From an uncultured Chlorobiota bacterium (lineage in GTDB: Bacteria; Bacteroidota; Bacteroidia; Bacteroidales; JAADGE01), in assembly GCA_947311125.1 (NCBI GenBank), contig CAMZKI010000048.1, positions 1 through 48,976 of the forward strand: 48,976 bases of DNA. The letters are read 5' to 3'. Under the pieces are notes generated by a model that ran no database searches, had not been told where the DNA came from, and saw only the letters and a list, made by a program, of their open reading frames with translations. Shown in pieces: positions 1-7,706 of the stretch. Positions within the stretch are counted from its first letter, which is position 1. Each line of letters begins with the position of its first letter. The position numbers and the translations under genes were made by a program.

Positions 1-32
1 CTTAAATTTTTGAAACTAAAAAACAAATAAAT

Positions 33-746
33 ATGAAAACATTATTATTAACAATCGGATTGTTTTTAACCTTAACATCATGTCAGAGTGAAGAAGAGCA
101 AACTACGGAGAACCTGAGTGCAGATACGCACAAAATAACAGTAGCAGAGGTTTTGCAAACAAATAACTACACATATCTTTTAGCTGAAGAAAACGGAACA
201 AAAACATGGTTAGCCGTTCCTAAAATGAATGCTAATGTCGGAGACGTATACTATTACGACGGCGGTATGCTTATGGAAAATTTTGCAAGTAAGGAATTAG
301 GAAGAACCTTTGATAAAATATATTTTCTCGAAAGTGTAAGAACAACTCCCGATATGCCGAAACAAAACATGGTTAACAACCCTCACGGACACAACCTTAC
401 AGGACATAACGAAAAACCGAAAGCCGAGAAAACCGAAATAAAAGTAACACCTGCAGCTGGCGGAATAACTATAGAAGAATTGTTCGCAAACAAATCAAAA
501 TATAACGGAAAGACAGTTAAAATAAAAGGCGTTGTTGTAAAATTCAGTCCTCAAATAATGAAAAAGAACTGGATTCATATACAAGACGGAACAGAACATA
601 ACGGCGATTTTGATTTAACCGTAACCTCACAATCTGAAGTTAAGGAAGGGGACACAGTAGTTGTAGAAGGAAAAATATCTTTAGATAAAGATTTCGGATA
701 CGGATATTTCTATAAAATTATTATGGAAGATGCCATAGTAAAATAA
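33..746 (+). CDS. Secreted lipoprotein of unknown function (C-terminal half looks OB-fold-like)
   Basis: ATG ORF. The N-terminus MKTLLLTIGLFLTLTSCQ is a signal peptide with a lipobox Cys. A hairpin terminator follows. No family recognised with certainty. Confidence 0.6.
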   Translation: MKTLLLTIGLFLTLTSCQSEEEQTTENLSADTHKITVAEVLQTNNYTYLLAEENGTKTWLAVPKMNANVGDVYYYDGGMLMENFASKELGRTFDKIYFLESVRTTPDMPKQNMVNNPHGHNLTGHNEKPKAEKTEIKVTPAAGGITIEELFANKSKYNGKTVKIKGVVVKFSPQIMKKNWIHIQDGTEHNGDFDLTVTSQSEVKEGDTVVVEGKISLDKDFGYGYFYKIIMEDAIVK

Positions 747-774
747 AAAATATATTAAACCCAAAATTAAAAAT

Positions 775-808
775 AAAGCCCGAAAATCAAAACGGGCTTT
801 ATTTTTTT
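775..808 (+). terminator. Rho-independent terminator after the lipoprotein gene
   Basis: Perfect 8-bp stem AAAGCCCG (775-782) / CGGGCTTT (793-800), followed by a T7 run at 802-808. Confidence 0.75.
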
Positions 809-857
809 ACAGAAGAGAACAATCGCACTTTTATTTTTATAATCACATTTCAATATT

Positions 858-865
858 TATATTTG
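858..865 (+). promoter_or_regulatory. Bacteroidota-type -7 promoter box (TAnnTTTG) upstream of the antiporter gene
   Basis: TATATTTG at 858-865, 44 nt upstream of the ATG at 909. Confidence 0.4.
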
Positions 866-908
866 CAAATATTTTAACCATATTTTACAAATTAAAAATC
901 AGAGAGTT

Positions 909-2537
909 ATGTTTATACTAATGGTTGTTATATTTATTTTAGGTTATTTAATGATAGCATTGGAACATCCCATAAAAATAGACAAAGCGGCATCTGCTTT
1001 GTTAATGGGTGCAATTCTTTGGGCTGTTTACGCATTTAACGGTGAAGAAATATTAAGACTGGGATACAGCAGAGCCTGGCAGCATTTCAGCGAACTAAAC
1101 CCTGTTCTGTCTCAATCCGAAGAAGGAATCAGAGAATTTATTACACAACATGATATATTTGAGCATCTTGCAAATATCTCTACAATATTATTCTTCTTGC
1201 TCGGAGCTATGACAATCGTTGAAATTGTTGATCAACACGAAGGTTTTAAAATTATTACGGACAAAATAAAAACTACAAATAAATCAAAACTGTTATGGAT
1301 TTTAAGTTTCCTTACTTTTTTTATGTCTGCGGTTCTTGACAACTTAACAACAACAATTGTTATAATAGCTCTGCTAAGAAAACTAATTGACGACAAACAG
1401 ACCCGCTGGTTTTTTGCATCTATGGTGGTAGTAGCAGCAAATGCCGGCGGAGCTTTCTCACCGATAGGAGATGTAACAACAATTATGCTGTGGATAGGAG
1501 GACAGGTAACAACGGCAAACATTATTACAAAATTATTTGTTCCCAGCTTATTTACTATGATAATCCCCCTTTTGGTTCTCTCATTTACTCTTAAAGGAAA
1601 CGTAAAAAGACCGGAGATAAAAAAACCGGGAGAAAATGAAGTAAGAACAACGCCTAAACAACAAATAACGATGCTTGTTCTTGGTGTTTCCGCATTATTA
1701 TTTGTTCCGGTTTTTAAAACCGTTACTCATTTACCTCCTTATCTCGGTATGTTGTTCGGATTGAGTATTATGTGGATTACAACGGAAATAATGCATAAAA
1801 AAACAAAATCAAAATATGAAGGAAACTTTAAATTATCGGTTAACTCTATTCTTACAAAAGTTGACGTTCCTACAATTTTCTTCTTTCTCGGTATTTTAAC
1901 GGCAGTTTCGGCATTAGAATCAGCCGGACATTTAGACCTGCTTGCAACATCATTGAAAGATTGGGGCTTGGGTGTTTATCCCGTCGGAATAATTATCGGT
2001 TTATTGTCTTCAATTGTTGACAACGTTCCTTTAGTTGCAGCATCAATGGGTATGTATCCGATTGATCCGTTTCATATTCAATATATGCAAGACGGTATTT
2101 TTTGGGAGTTTATAGCATATACGGCAGGAACAGGCGGCAGCATTCTGATTATAGGTTCAGCTGCCGGAGTTGCCGCTATGGGAATGGAAAAAATAGATTT
2201 TATTTGGTATATGAAAAAAATATCTCTTCTTGCAGCCTTAGGTTTTTTTGCAGGTGCAGGAACCTATTATGTTCAGGAAATGTTTATGCAGGAAAAACTG
2301 GAAGCAAAAGTTATAACTTTTGACCAAGCTCCTGAACTTGCAAAAGAAAAAATAATAACCGACTTTTCTGATTATATTGTAAAAGAAACAGAAAAATATA
2401 TTAAAGGCGGAAAAGAGCTTGTCGGTTATGTTGTAGAAGCAGAAAAAGACGGACAACTTTACGATATTCGTTTTAAAAAAGACGGAACATTTATGAACGT
2501 TGTTAAGGACATTCCGTCTCCGCACGAAATAGAGTAG
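909..2537 (+). CDS. nhaD: NhaD-family Na+/H+ antiporter (ArsB/NhaD permease superfamily) with an extra soluble C-terminal tail
   Basis: 542-aa polytopic membrane ORF. Motifs LDNLTTTIV and GGAFSPIGDVTTIMLW are typical of NhaD-type transporters. The last ~80 aa are hydrophilic and non-transporter-like. Confidence 0.8.
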   Translation: MFILMVVIFILGYLMIALEHPIKIDKAASALLMGAILWAVYAFNGEEILRLGYSRAWQHFSELNPVLSQSEEGIREFITQHDIFEHLANISTILFFLLGAMTIVEIVDQHEGFKIITDKIKTTNKSKLLWILSFLTFFMSAVLDNLTTTIVIIALLRKLIDDKQTRWFFASMVVVAANAGGAFSPIGDVTTIMLWIGGQVTTANIITKLFVPSLFTMIIPLLVLSFTLKGNVKRPEIKKPGENEVRTTPKQQITMLVLGVSALLFVPVFKTVTHLPPYLGMLFGLSIMWITTEIMHKKTKSKYEGNFKLSVNSILTKVDVPTIFFFLGILTAVSALESAGHLDLLATSLKDWGLGVYPVGIIIGLLSSIVDNVPLVAASMGMYPIDPFHIQYMQDGIFWEFIAYTAGTGGSILIIGSAAGVAAMGMEKIDFIWYMKKISLLAALGFFAGAGTYYVQEMFMQEKLEAKVITFDQAPELAKEKIITDFSDYIVKETEKYIKGGKELVGYVVEAEKDGQLYDIRFKKDGTFMNVVKDIPSPHEIE

Positions 2538-2562
2538 ACGGTATAATAGTTTAAGTATTAAA

Positions 2563-2589
2563 GCGGACAATTAATCTTGTCCGTTTTTT
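2563..2589 (+). terminator. Rho-independent terminator after nhaD
   Basis: Stem CGGACAA (2564-2570) / TTGTCCG (2577-2583), followed by a T6 run at 2584-2589. Confidence 0.7.
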
Positions 2590-2600
2590 ATTTAAAATAT

Positions 2601-2608
2601 TATCTTTG
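2601..2608 (+). promoter_or_regulatory. TAnnTTTG -7 promoter box for map
   Basis: TATCTTTG at 2601-2608. It overlaps the TTG at 2606 that the ORF track uses as a start, which argues for the ATG at 2627 instead. Confidence 0.4.
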
Positions 2609-2626
2609 TGGTCTTACTGTATTAAA

Positions 2627-3418
2627 ATGATTTATACGAAAACAAGCAGCGAAATTGAGTTAATGAGAGAAAGCGCCCTTTCTGTTTCAAGGACACTGGC
2701 TCTTATTGCAGAATATATAGACGAGGGTATGACAACAAAAAAACTGGACTCTCTTGCTGAAGAATTTATACGAGACAACGGAGGAATACCGTCTTTTAAA
2801 GGATACGGCGGATTCCCCGCTACATTATGCCTTTCGGTAAACGAAGAAGTTGTTCACGGTATTCCCGGAAATTATGTTTTGAAAGACGGAGATATAATTT
2901 CGGTTGATTGCGGTGTTTTAAAAAACGGATTTCACGGCGACCATGCTTATTCTTTTAAAATAGGAAATGTGAAACCGGAAATTTCAAAACTTTTACGAAT
3001 AACAAAAGAATCTCTGTATATCGGAATTGAAGCGATAAAAACCGGAAACAGAATAGGAGATATCGGATATGCAATTCAGAATTATGTTGAAAAAGAAGGT
3101 TATTCGGTAGTGAGAGAACTTACCGGACACGGTTTGGGAAAAAGTTTACACGAAGAGCCTTCTGTTCCTAACTACGGGAAACGCGGAAGAGGTTCCAAAA
3201 TTACCGAAGGAATGGTTCTTGCCGTAGAACCGATGATAAATCTCGGAAAAAAAAATGTTCGCCAGTTGTCTGACGGATGGACAATTGTAACTGCAGACAG
3301 TATGCCCTCTGCACATTTTGAACATAATGTTGCTGTTGTAAACGGCAAACCGGAAATATTATCAACTTTTGATTTGCTGGAAGAGGTTTTAAGAAAAAGA
3401 GGAATGGACATAAGCTAA
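2627..3418 (+). CDS. map: Type I methionine aminopeptidase
   Basis: Pita-bread fold metal-ligand context (DGDIISVDCG, GHGLGKSLHEEP, LAVEPM, AHFEHNV). Start moved to the ATG at 2627 (MIYTKTSSEIELMRES). Confidence 0.93.
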   Translation: MIYTKTSSEIELMRESALSVSRTLALIAEYIDEGMTTKKLDSLAEEFIRDNGGIPSFKGYGGFPATLCLSVNEEVVHGIPGNYVLKDGDIISVDCGVLKNGFHGDHAYSFKIGNVKPEISKLLRITKESLYIGIEAIKTGNRIGDIGYAIQNYVEKEGYSVVRELTGHGLGKSLHEEPSVPNYGKRGRGSKITEGMVLAVEPMINLGKKNVRQLSDGWTIVTADSMPSAHFEHNVAVVNGKPEILSTFDLLEEVLRKRGMDIS

Positions 3419-3421
3419 AAC

Positions 3422-3455
3422 AAAAAAGACACAGTGTTTAACTGTGTCCTTTTTT
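3422..3455. terminator. Bidirectional hairpin terminator
   Basis: Stem GACACAGT (3428-3435) / ACTGTGTC (3441-3448). An A6 run lies upstream (3422-3427) and a T6 run downstream (3450-3455), so it reads as hairpin plus U-tract on both strands. Confidence 0.7.
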
Positions 3456-3501
3456 GAACTTATATTTAATTTATTAACCGTAAATATTATGAAAAAATTA
3501 A

Positions 3502-3606
3502 CTACTCCTCATCAACCTTAGTTAATTTGATAAATTTTTCCAATAAGTCATCAACTACGGATTCTGTTGTTTCTTCTGTCTGAATTTTTTTTTCGTCTTC
3601 GTTCAT
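3502..3606 (-). CDS. Possible 34-aa acidic small protein (below the ORF-track cutoff)
   Basis: My own reading of the minus strand gives ATG...TAG encoding MNEDEKKIQTEETTESVVDDLLEKFIKLTKVDEE. It ends just before the bidirectional terminator. No promoter box seen. Confidence 0.2.
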   Translation of the reverse strand: MNEDEKKIQTEETTESVVDDLLEKFIKLTKVDEE

Positions 3607-3726
3607 AGCTTAAGATTTTAAAGGTTTCTTTATTCGGGTATACGCAAGTTTGTAAAAAAAGTTTCATTTTCAGGAATATTTTTTAATTTTACGGGGATAA
3701 CAACTGCTAAATACCGAAATTTACAA

Positions 3727-3734
3727 TACTTTTG
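3727..3734 (+). promoter_or_regulatory. TAnnTTTG -7 promoter box for bcp/recA
   Basis: TACTTTTG at 3727-3734, 25 nt upstream of the ATG at 3759. It overlaps the TTG start at 3732 used by the ORF track. Confidence 0.4.
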
Positions 3735-3758
3735 CAGATAATATTAATTTCTGAAATT

Positions 3759-4205
3759 ATGATAAAACTAAAAGAAGGAGATAAAATACCGGATTTTCAT
3801 AAAATAATTAACCCGGAAGAAATAAAAGGCAAAAAATTAATTCTGTATTTTTATCCGAAAGACAATACACCCGGATGTACAAACGAAGCAAAAAATCTTA
3901 AAGAGCATTACGACGAACTTAAAAAAAGGGGGTTTGAGGTAATAGGTATAAGTCCGGATACAGAAGAGTCTCACCGTAAATTTTCAGAAAAATTAGGGCT
4001 GCCTTTTAAATTAATTTCTGATACTGAAAAAGAAATTATGAATAAACTCGGTGTTTGGGGAGAAAAAAAGATGTACGGACGAACTTACGAAGGTGTCCGC
4101 AGAACAACATTTATAACAGACGAAACAGGAACTGTTTTAAAAGTTTTTCCCAAGGTAAAAACGAAAGAGCACTACGAGCAAATTATGAAAGAATTAGAGA
4201 AATAA
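3759..4205 (+). CDS. bcp: Thiol peroxidase / peroxiredoxin, Bcp (PrxQ) type
   Basis: YFYPKDNTPGCTNEA peroxidatic-Cys motif in a thioredoxin fold of the right length. Start set at the ATG at 3759 (MIKLKEGDKIP). Confidence 0.9.
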   Translation: MIKLKEGDKIPDFHKIINPEEIKGKKLILYFYPKDNTPGCTNEAKNLKEHYDELKKRGFEVIGISPDTEESHRKFSEKLGLPFKLISDTEKEIMNKLGVWGEKKMYGRTYEGVRRTTFITDETGTVLKVFPKVKTKEHYEQIMKELEK

Positions 4206-4229
4206 AACACATAACGGTAAAAAAGAACA

Positions 4230-5252
4230 ATGGCAAAAAAAGAACAAGATACGAAAGCTGCAAAACTTCAGGCTTTACAGTCAACATTAAATAAAATTGA
4301 TAAAGAATTCGGGAAAGGAACAATAATGAAATTAGACTCAAGTGCTGTGATAGATATCCCTGCAATATCCACAGGCTCCATCGGGCTGGACTATGCCTTA
4401 GGTGTCGGAGGAGTTCCTCGCGGAAGAGTTATAGAAATATACGGACCGGAATCTTCAGGAAAAACGACATTGGCTCTCCACATTATTGCTGAAACTCAAA
4501 AACAAGAAGGTATTGCTGCATTTATTGACGCAGAACATGCATTCGACAGTTTTTATGCAAAAAACTTAGGTATTGACATTGATAATTTGCTTGTGTCTCA
4601 ACCTGATAACGGAGAGCAAGCTCTTGAAATAACCGACCATCTCATCCGCTCCGGAGCAGTTGATATAGTAGTTATTGATTCGGTTGCTGCTCTTACTCCG
4701 AGAGCTGAGATTGAAGGCGATATGGGCGATTCTAAAATGGGATTACAGGCTCGATTAATGTCTCAGGCACTGAGAAAACTAACATCTAATATAGGAAAAA
4801 CAAATACCTGCGTAATATTTATAAATCAGCTGAGAGAAAAAATCGGAGTTATGTTCGGAAATCCTGAAACTACTACCGGAGGAAATGCCCTTAAATTTTA
4901 CGCTTCCGTCAGACTCGATGTAAGAAGAATAGGTCAGATAAAAGACGATGCCGATATTACGGGAAACAAAACAAGGGTTAAAGTTGTTAAAAACAAAGTT
5001 GCTCCGCCCTTCAAAAAATCAGAATTTGATATTATTTACGGAGAAGGAATATCAAAAATAGGAGAAATTATAGATTTAGGTTCAGAATACGATATTATTC
5101 AAAAAAGCGGCTCTTGGTACAGTTACGGTGATACAAAATTGGGACAAGGAAGAGAAGCCGTAAAAAAACTTCTTACGGATAATATTGAATTATCGGAAGA
5201 GATTGAAATGAAAATAAGGGAAAGATTAAAAAACGGACCCTCCGATGAATAA
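4230..5252 (+). CDS. recA: Recombinase RecA
   Basis: Walker [13 protein letters not shown], plus [21 protein letters not shown] and [35 protein letters not shown]. Confidence 0.98.
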   Translation: MAKKEQDTKAAKLQALQSTLNKIDKEFGKGTIMKLDSSAVIDIPAISTGSIGLDYALGVGGVPRGRVIEIYGPESSGKTTLALHIIAETQKQEGIAAFIDAEHAFDSFYAKNLGIDIDNLLVSQPDNGEQALEITDHLIRSGAVDIVVIDSVAALTPRAEIEGDMGDSKMGLQARLMSQALRKLTSNIGKTNTCVIFINQLREKIGVMFGNPETTTGGNALKFYASVRLDVRRIGQIKDDADITGNKTRVKVVKNKVAPPFKKSEFDIIYGEGISKIGEIIDLGSEYDIIQKSGSWYSYGDTKLGQGREAVKKLLTDNIELSEEIEMKIRERLKNGPSDE

Positions 5253-5289
5253 TTGTATATAAACAGGGTTGTACCGTTATAAACAGAAA

Positions 5290-7614
5290 ATGAAACACGT
5301 TTTTTTAACAAAAATTTTTCTGTCCTTATTCTTTTTCGGTTTTTCGCAGAATATAACAATAAAAGGTATTGTTACCGACTCCGAAACCGGGGAAGCCGTA
5401 ATAAACGCAATTATAAATTCAGATAACGGAAAGTACGGAACCGTAACAAACACTTACGGTTTTTACTCTCTGACAGTTCCTGCCGGAACAAAAGAGTTGT
5501 ATTTTAACAGTATCGGATATGCGAAATTTACCGCAAAATTGGCTAATGAAAAAAATCAGACGATAAACGCAGAACTTTCTCCTGTTGATAACGAACTCGG
5601 AGAGGTTACGGTAGTCAGTGAAGCTGCCGACAAAAATATAAAAATTGCAGAAACCGGTATTAACAGAATAAGCCCTAAAGATACAAAAATGATTCCCGTA
5701 ATTTTCGGTGAGCAGGATATCCTGAAAACAATACAGCTTTTGCCGGGAATAAAACCGGCGGGAGAAGGCGGCAGCGGATTTTTTGTAAGAGGCGGAGGTG
5801 CTGACGAAAACCTTATTCTCCTTGACGAAGCCCCTGTTTATAATGCTTCGCATCTAATGGGTTTTTTCTCGGTTTTTAATTCTGATGCAATTAAAAATGT
5901 TAAAATTTACAAAGGAACTGCACCTGCTCAATACGGAGGGCGACTGTCTTCTGTTCTGGATATTCAAATGAATGACGGAAATTCAAAAAAATTCACGGCA
6001 AACGGCGGAATAGGTCTTATTTCCTCTCGTTTAACCGTTGAAACACCGATTATTAAGAACAAATCTTCTCTTATAATTTCAGGCAGAAGAACTTATGCCG
6101 ACCTTTTTCTCTCATTTGCTCCGAAAGAAGAACAGCGCAACAGCACTCTTTATTTTTATGATTTTAATTCAAAAGTAAATTGGAAAATAAATGAAAATAA
6201 CAGAATATTTCTTTCCGGATATTTCGGAAGGGACGTTTTCGGTTTCAGCGATATTATGGATATGAACTGGGGAAATATTACCGGAACGGCTCGCTGGAAT
6301 CATATATTTAACAATAAACTGTTTTTAAATACATCTTTAATTTACAGTAAATATGATTATCAAGTAGGTATCGGTTTTTTTGCCGACTCCGGAAAAGTTA
6401 AACTGAATTCTGCAATAAAAGATTTTCACCTTAAAAAAGATTTCCAATATTTTTATAACAGCAGGAATTTATTTCGTTTCGGAATAAGCTCCGTTTACCA
6501 TACCTTTTTGCCAGGAGAAGTTGATGCAAGCGAAGTAAATTTTTTAAACGACATAAAAGTTGACAATAAATATGCTTTTGAAAATACCGCATACTTATCT
6601 CACGAGTTTGATGTTCTTAAAAACTTAAAAGTTATTTACGGTTTGCGCTTATCTGCTTTTTGTGTTTTGGGTCCCGGAACCGTTTATGATTTTAACAACC
6701 GGCAGGAACCCATTGATTCTGTTCAGTATTCCGATAATGAAATAATAAAAACATACATAAATCCGGAGCCTCGTTTTTCTTTAAATTATATAATAAACAG
6801 CCGGAATTCTGTAAAATTTGCATATACACGAAATGCACAATACATACATCTTCTGTCAAATTCAACCGCATCTACTCCGGCGGATATTTGGTATCCGACC
6901 ACCAAACTCGTTCCGCCCGGAACTGCAAATTTATATTCAATTGGTTATTACAAAAACATTTCAAATAATATGTTTGAAACTTCCGTTGAAATTTATTATA
7001 AGGATTTACAAAATGTAATAGATTACAGGAACGGAGCCAATGTTATGGTTAATAAATATTTGGAAGCAGAACTTGTTTTCGGAAAAGGATGGTCATACGG
7101 AACAGAACTTTATTTTAAAAAACAAACAGGAAAATTAACAGGATGGATTAGTTATACATGGTCAAAAACAGAACGTATTTTTGATGAGATAAATGACGGT
7201 CTTTCGTTTCCCGCCCGACATGACAGAACTCATGATTTTTCAATAACGGCAATTTACAATTTGAATAAGCATTTGAGTTTTGCGGCAACTTGGGTTTATT
7301 ATACCGGTGATGCAGTAACATTTCCGTCGGGAAGGTATATTATTGACGGGCGCATAGTGCAGTTATATACAGAGCGTAACGGCTACCGAATGCCTGATTA
7401 TCATCGCGGAGATTTCAGTATAACTTATTATAACAAGAAGAAAAAACATTGGAAGTCAAGCTGGAATTTTTCTGTTTATAATGTATATGCCAAAAAAAAT
7501 GCTTATCAGATTACGTTCAGACCCGTAAATGAAAATTCTTCGCAGTTTGAAGCTGTAAGGCTGGCTTTATTTTCTGTTATTCCCTCTGTAGCTTACAGTT
7601 TTACTTTTTATTAA
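5290..7614 (+). CDS. TonB-dependent outer-membrane receptor with an N-terminal CarboxypepD_reg-like domain
   Basis: Signal peptide, then ITIKGIVTDSETGEAVINA (carboxypeptidase regulatory-like domain), a plug region and a long beta-barrel ending in an aromatic residue (SFTFY). Start set at the ATG at 5290. Confidence 0.88.
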   Translation: MKHVFLTKIFLSLFFFGFSQNITIKGIVTDSETGEAVINAIINSDNGKYGTVTNTYGFYSLTVPAGTKELYFNSIGYAKFTAKLANEKNQTINAELSPVDNELGEVTVVSEAADKNIKIAETGINRISPKDTKMIPVIFGEQDILKTIQLLPGIKPAGEGGSGFFVRGGGADENLILLDEAPVYNASHLMGFFSVFNSDAIKNVKIYKGTAPAQYGGRLSSVLDIQMNDGNSKKFTANGGIGLISSRLTVETPIIKNKSSLIISGRRTYADLFLSFAPKEEQRNSTLYFYDFNSKVNWKINENNRIFLSGYFGRDVFGFSDIMDMNWGNITGTARWNHIFNNKLFLNTSLIYSKYDYQVGIGFFADSGKVKLNSAIKDFHLKKDFQYFYNSRNLFRFGISSVYHTFLPGEVDASEVNFLNDIKVDNKYAFENTAYLSHEFDVLKNLKVIYGLRLSAFCVLGPGTVYDFNNRQEPIDSVQYSDNEIIKTYINPEPRFSLNYIINSRNSVKFAYTRNAQYIHLLSNSTASTPADIWYPTTKLVPPGTANLYSIGYYKNISNNMFETSVEIYYKDLQNVIDYRNGANVMVNKYLEAELVFGKGWSYGTELYFKKQTGKLTGWISYTWSKTERIFDEINDGLSFPARHDRTHDFSITAIYNLNKHLSFAATWVYYTGDAVTFPSGRYIIDGRIVQLYTERNGYRMPDYHRGDFSITYYNKKKKHWKSSWNFSVYNVYAKKNAYQITFRPVNENSSQFEAVRLALFSVIPSVAYSFTFY

Positions 7615-7653
7615 ATCCGAATAACCGTCCTGTTACAAGTATGTGTTTAAAAA

Positions 7654-7680
7654 AAGGCTGCCTGAAATTCAGGCAGCCTT
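7654..7680. terminator. Bidirectional terminator between the convergent receptor gene and nrdJ
   Basis: Perfect 11-bp stem AAGGCTGCCTG (7654-7664) / CAGGCAGCCTT (7670-7680) with a 5-nt loop and A/T-rich flanks. Confidence 0.8.
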
Positions 7681-7706
7681 ACTTTATAAAAAAGCAAACA
7701 AAGTTT

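Noticed and set aside
5419-5853. 144-aa minus-strand ORF inside the TonB-dependent receptor gene, and similar ones at 1232-1522, 8511-8930, 13114-13458 and 23669-24390
   Set aside because: All are antisense or out-of-frame overlaps of confidently identified genes with no recognisable domains. I treat them as chance ORFs.
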